Made by a program: the position numbers and the translations under genes. From contig OY969695.1 of assembly GCA_963701965.1 (NCBI GenBank), forward strand, positions 2,496,001-2,560,000: a stretch of 64,000 bases of DNA, read 5' to 3'. The stretch is from an uncultured Gemmatimonadales bacterium (GTDB lineage Bacteria; Gemmatimonadota; Gemmatimonadetes; Gemmatimonadales; Gemmatimonadaceae). This document shows, piece by piece, positions 61,975 to 64,000 of the stretch (within the stretch, counting starts at the first letter, position 1; each line of letters starts with the position of its first letter). A model generated the notes under the pieces. The model was not told the DNA's origin. It saw only the letters and a list, made by a program, of their open reading frames with translations, and did not search any database.

Positions 61975-62997
61975 ATGCGCGACCGCGTAATGCGCGCGAT
62001 GCTGCTGGAGGCGCCGCGCCAGCCGCTCCACATGGTCGAGTGGGCGGAGCCGACGCCCCTCGATGGGCAGATCCTGATCCACGTGCGGGCGTGCGGCGTC
62101 TGCCGGACGGATGTGCACATCGTCGACGGCGAGCTGCCGAACCCGGCGGTGCCTTTGATCATCGGCCACCAGATCGTAGGAACAGTCGCGGCCCGTGGCC
62201 CGGGCGCCGAGCGGTTCGAGATCGGGGCGCGGGTGGGCGTGCCGTGGCTGGGGTGGACGGACGAGACGTGCCGCTACTGCCGGAGCGGCCGCGAGAACCT
62301 GTGCCCGAATGCCCGCTTCACGGGCTACACGATCAATGGGGGCTACGCGGACGCGGTCACCGCCGATGAGCGCTATGCGGTCGCGATTCCCGACGACTTC
62401 ACGGACACGCAGGCGGCGCCGTTGCTGTGCGCGGGACTGATCGGATACCGCGCCTTGATGGCGGCGGGCGACGCGCGGCGGGTGGGCTTCTACGGGTTCG
62501 GGGCCTCGGCGCACCTCATCGCCCAGGTGGCGCGCTACCAGGGCCGCGAGGTGTACGCATTCACGCGCCCGGGCGATACGACGACGCAAGCGTTCGCCAA
62601 GAGTCTGGGCGCCGCGTGGGCGGGGGACTCGGACACGATGCCGCCTGAGCGGCTGGATGCGGCGATTCTGTTCGCGCCCGTGGGCGCGCTGGTGCCGACG
62701 GCGCTGCGCGCCGTGGACCGGGGCGGGGTGGTGGTGAGCGCGGGCATCCACATGTCGGCCATCCCGTCGTTTCCGTACGCGTTGCTGTGGGAGGAACGGT
62801 CGATCCGGTCGATCGCGAATCTCACGCGACGGGACGCCGAGGAATTCATGGCGCTGGCGCCGCGCGTGCCGGTGCGGCCAACGGTGACGTCGTACCCGCT
62901 GGCCCACGCCAACCGCGCGCTCGCCGATCTGCGCGCGGGCCGCGTGCGTGGTGCCGCGGTGCTCGTCATGTCCGGCACGCCGCGCTTGACACGGTGA
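61975..62997 (+). CDS. Zinc-dependent alcohol dehydrogenase
   Basis: CGVCRTD, GHQIVG, C..C...ENLC, APLLCAGLIGY, GFGAS. Confidence 0.93.
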   Translation: MRDRVMRAMLLEAPRQPLHMVEWAEPTPLDGQILIHVRACGVCRTDVHIVDGELPNPAVPLIIGHQIVGTVAARGPGAERFEIGARVGVPWLGWTDETCRYCRSGRENLCPNARFTGYTINGGYADAVTADERYAVAIPDDFTDTQAAPLLCAGLIGYRALMAAGDARRVGFYGFGASAHLIAQVARYQGREVYAFTRPGDTTTQAFAKSLGAAWAGDSDTMPPERLDAAILFAPVGALVPTALRAVDRGGVVVSAGIHMSAIPSFPYALLWEERSIRSIANLTRRDAEEFMALAPRVPVRPTVTSYPLAHANRALADLRAGRVRGAAVLVMSGTPRLTR

Positions 62998-63002
62998 GCG
63001 AC

Positions 63003-63167
63003 CGTACCTACCGGCAGCGCACCGGCATCCCCGCGTCCCTCGTGGTGGTGGGCTTGGCCGCGAACGATTTCACGATCGCGGATGCGGACGATCCCGCGAT
63101 GCTCGACGTCGTGGGTCTCGATACCACCACGCCGCAGATGATCGCGTCGTTCATGACCGACGGCTGA
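63003..63167 (+). pseudogene. C-terminal remnant of a Ro60/TROVE (Rsr-like) protein
   Basis: RTYRQRTGIPASLVVVGLAANDFTIADADDPAMLDVVGLDTTTPQMIASF resembles the Ro60 vWA C-terminus. No start codon or N-terminal part. Confidence 0.75.
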
Positions 63168-63250
63168 CAACGAAAGAGCCCCGGGAGAAATTCCCCGGGG
63201 CTCTTGTCGTTCGTATGGCGGTGGAACCGCCACGGCCGTCTCGCAAGCAC
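63168..63250 (-). ncRNA. Putative sRNA B, antisense to the neighbouring tRNA
   Basis: TTGACG-N16-TAAAAT promoter (63283-63256). 5' end is 17/18 complementary to the tRNA anticodon arm. Terminator at 63174-63205. Confidence 0.6.
63174..63205. terminator. Bidirectional terminator hairpin
   Basis: AAGAGCCCCGGG/CCCGGGGCTCTT stem. Confidence 0.8.
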
Positions 63251-63321
63251 TTTCAATTTTATATGATTCCACGCCAGCGTCAACGCTGCGGATTACCGAA
63301 TTCTACGATTGCCAACTAGCG

Positions 63322-63405
63322 TACCCGGGACGGGATTCGAACCCGCACGCCCTTGCGGGCAGCCGCTTGCGAGACGGCTGTGTCTACCAGTTCCACCACC
63401 CGGGC
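63322..63405 (-). tRNA. tRNA with tRNA-Leu body and CGC (Ala) anticodon; CCA not encoded
   Basis: Full cloverleaf: GCCCGGG/CCCGGGT+A73, D arm GTGGAACTGGTAGACAC, GCCGT-CTCGCAA-GCGGC, variable arm GCCC-GCAA-GGGC, GCGGG-TTCGAAT-CCCGT. Confidence 0.9.
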
Positions 63406-63481
63406 ACCGTTCACGCTCGGCGAAAACTGGATGGTGCGACACAGATTCATCGCAAGTGCTGCGCGACTAGCTGGCGGCGAA

Positions 63482-63631
63482 CAATGTATCGACCCGATGC
63501 GATTCGCGCATCGTTGTATTTCGCACATCATCATGACCAACAACGAAAGAGCCCCGAGGGACATCCCCCGGGGCTCCACAGCAGTCTCGCACGCACCCGC
63601 AATGTATCGGCACGATGCGATTCGCGCATCG
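63482..63631 (-). promoter_or_regulatory. Duplicated 32-bp promoter/operator (63482-63513 and 63600-63631)
   Basis: 30/32 identical. Each contains the palindrome CGATGCG-N5-CGCATCG and a TACATT -10-like box on the minus strand. Confidence 0.7.
63541..63596 (-). ncRNA. Putative sRNA A, antisense to the tRNA anticodon arm
   Basis: Begins just after TACATT. GCGTGCGAGACTGCTGTG is 16/18 complementary to the tRNA. Terminator GAGCCCCG..CGGGGCTC-TTTCGTTG is homologous to that of sRNA B. Confidence 0.55.
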
Positions 63632-63645
63632 GTGAATGTCACACG

Positions 63646-64000
63646 TCAGCGCGCGGCGACCTCGGCCCCGCGGCGTTCGACATCGTCCGTGGCGAGGCGC
63701 AGCTCGGCGAGGATCGGTGCGGTGAATCCGACCTCGGCGAGGCGATCGCTGAGCTCCCGGTAGTAGCGAATCGTGCCTTCGCGCCCGCGCAACGTCCGCG
63801 TCCAGATGGTCTCGGGATAGTCGGTGCGCCGGAGATCGGCGAGGATGGTGCCGATGCTGTGCAGCGCGTCGGCCGCGCCGACCCAGCGCGAGGCGTCAGT
63901 CGCGATGGCCAGTCGCGTGACGACATCGCGCTTGCGCTCATCGGGCGAGAGCTCGACACCGTTGTCATCCGTCCGCCGCTCCGTCACGGCCAGCGCGATC
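63646..64000 (-). CDS. HD-domain protein, small alarmone hydrolase/Mesh1-like (5' end outside window)
   Basis: VTE...ERK...AADALHS..IL.D....W.R...GREGTIRYY pattern. Confidence 0.65.
   Translation of the reverse strand, partial: IALAVTERRTDDNGVELSPDERKRDVVTRLAIATDASRWVGAADALHSIGTILADLRRTDYPETIWTRTLRGREGTIRYYRELSDRLAEVGFTAPILAELRLATDDVERRGAEVAAR

Noticed and set aside
63231..63248. att-site duplication from integration at the tRNA
   Set aside because: The copies are inverted relative to the tRNA, cover the anticodon and D arms rather than the 3' end, and no integrase is present.

Overview
GC-rich (roughly 68-70%) bacterial chromosomal window. Gene content (SusC/SusD pair, futalosine-pathway MqnD, Oar-like receptors, split PntA) suggests Gemmatimonadota; this is an inference. 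Most of it is housekeeping or signalling: LytS/LytTR and GAF-kinase/HD-GYP pairs, an ECF sigma/anti-sigma pair, CtpA, pntA1A2B, a divergent argCBD-argA / argRGH cluster, ispG and two cold-shock genes. Six single-base frameshifts, one in ispG, look like long-read indel errors. The main result is at 63.17-63.63 kb: a tRNA with a complete tRNA-Leu body but an Ala (CGC) anticodon. It has a 5' leader complementary to itself and is flanked by two small promoter-to-terminator units whose 5' ends are antisense to its anticodon arm. This is a candidate RNA-only toxin-antitoxin or regulated-mistranslation system, next to a Ro60/TROVE remnant. A second result is a candidate Arg-sensing leader-peptide attenuator upstream of argC, in addition to ArgR boxes.
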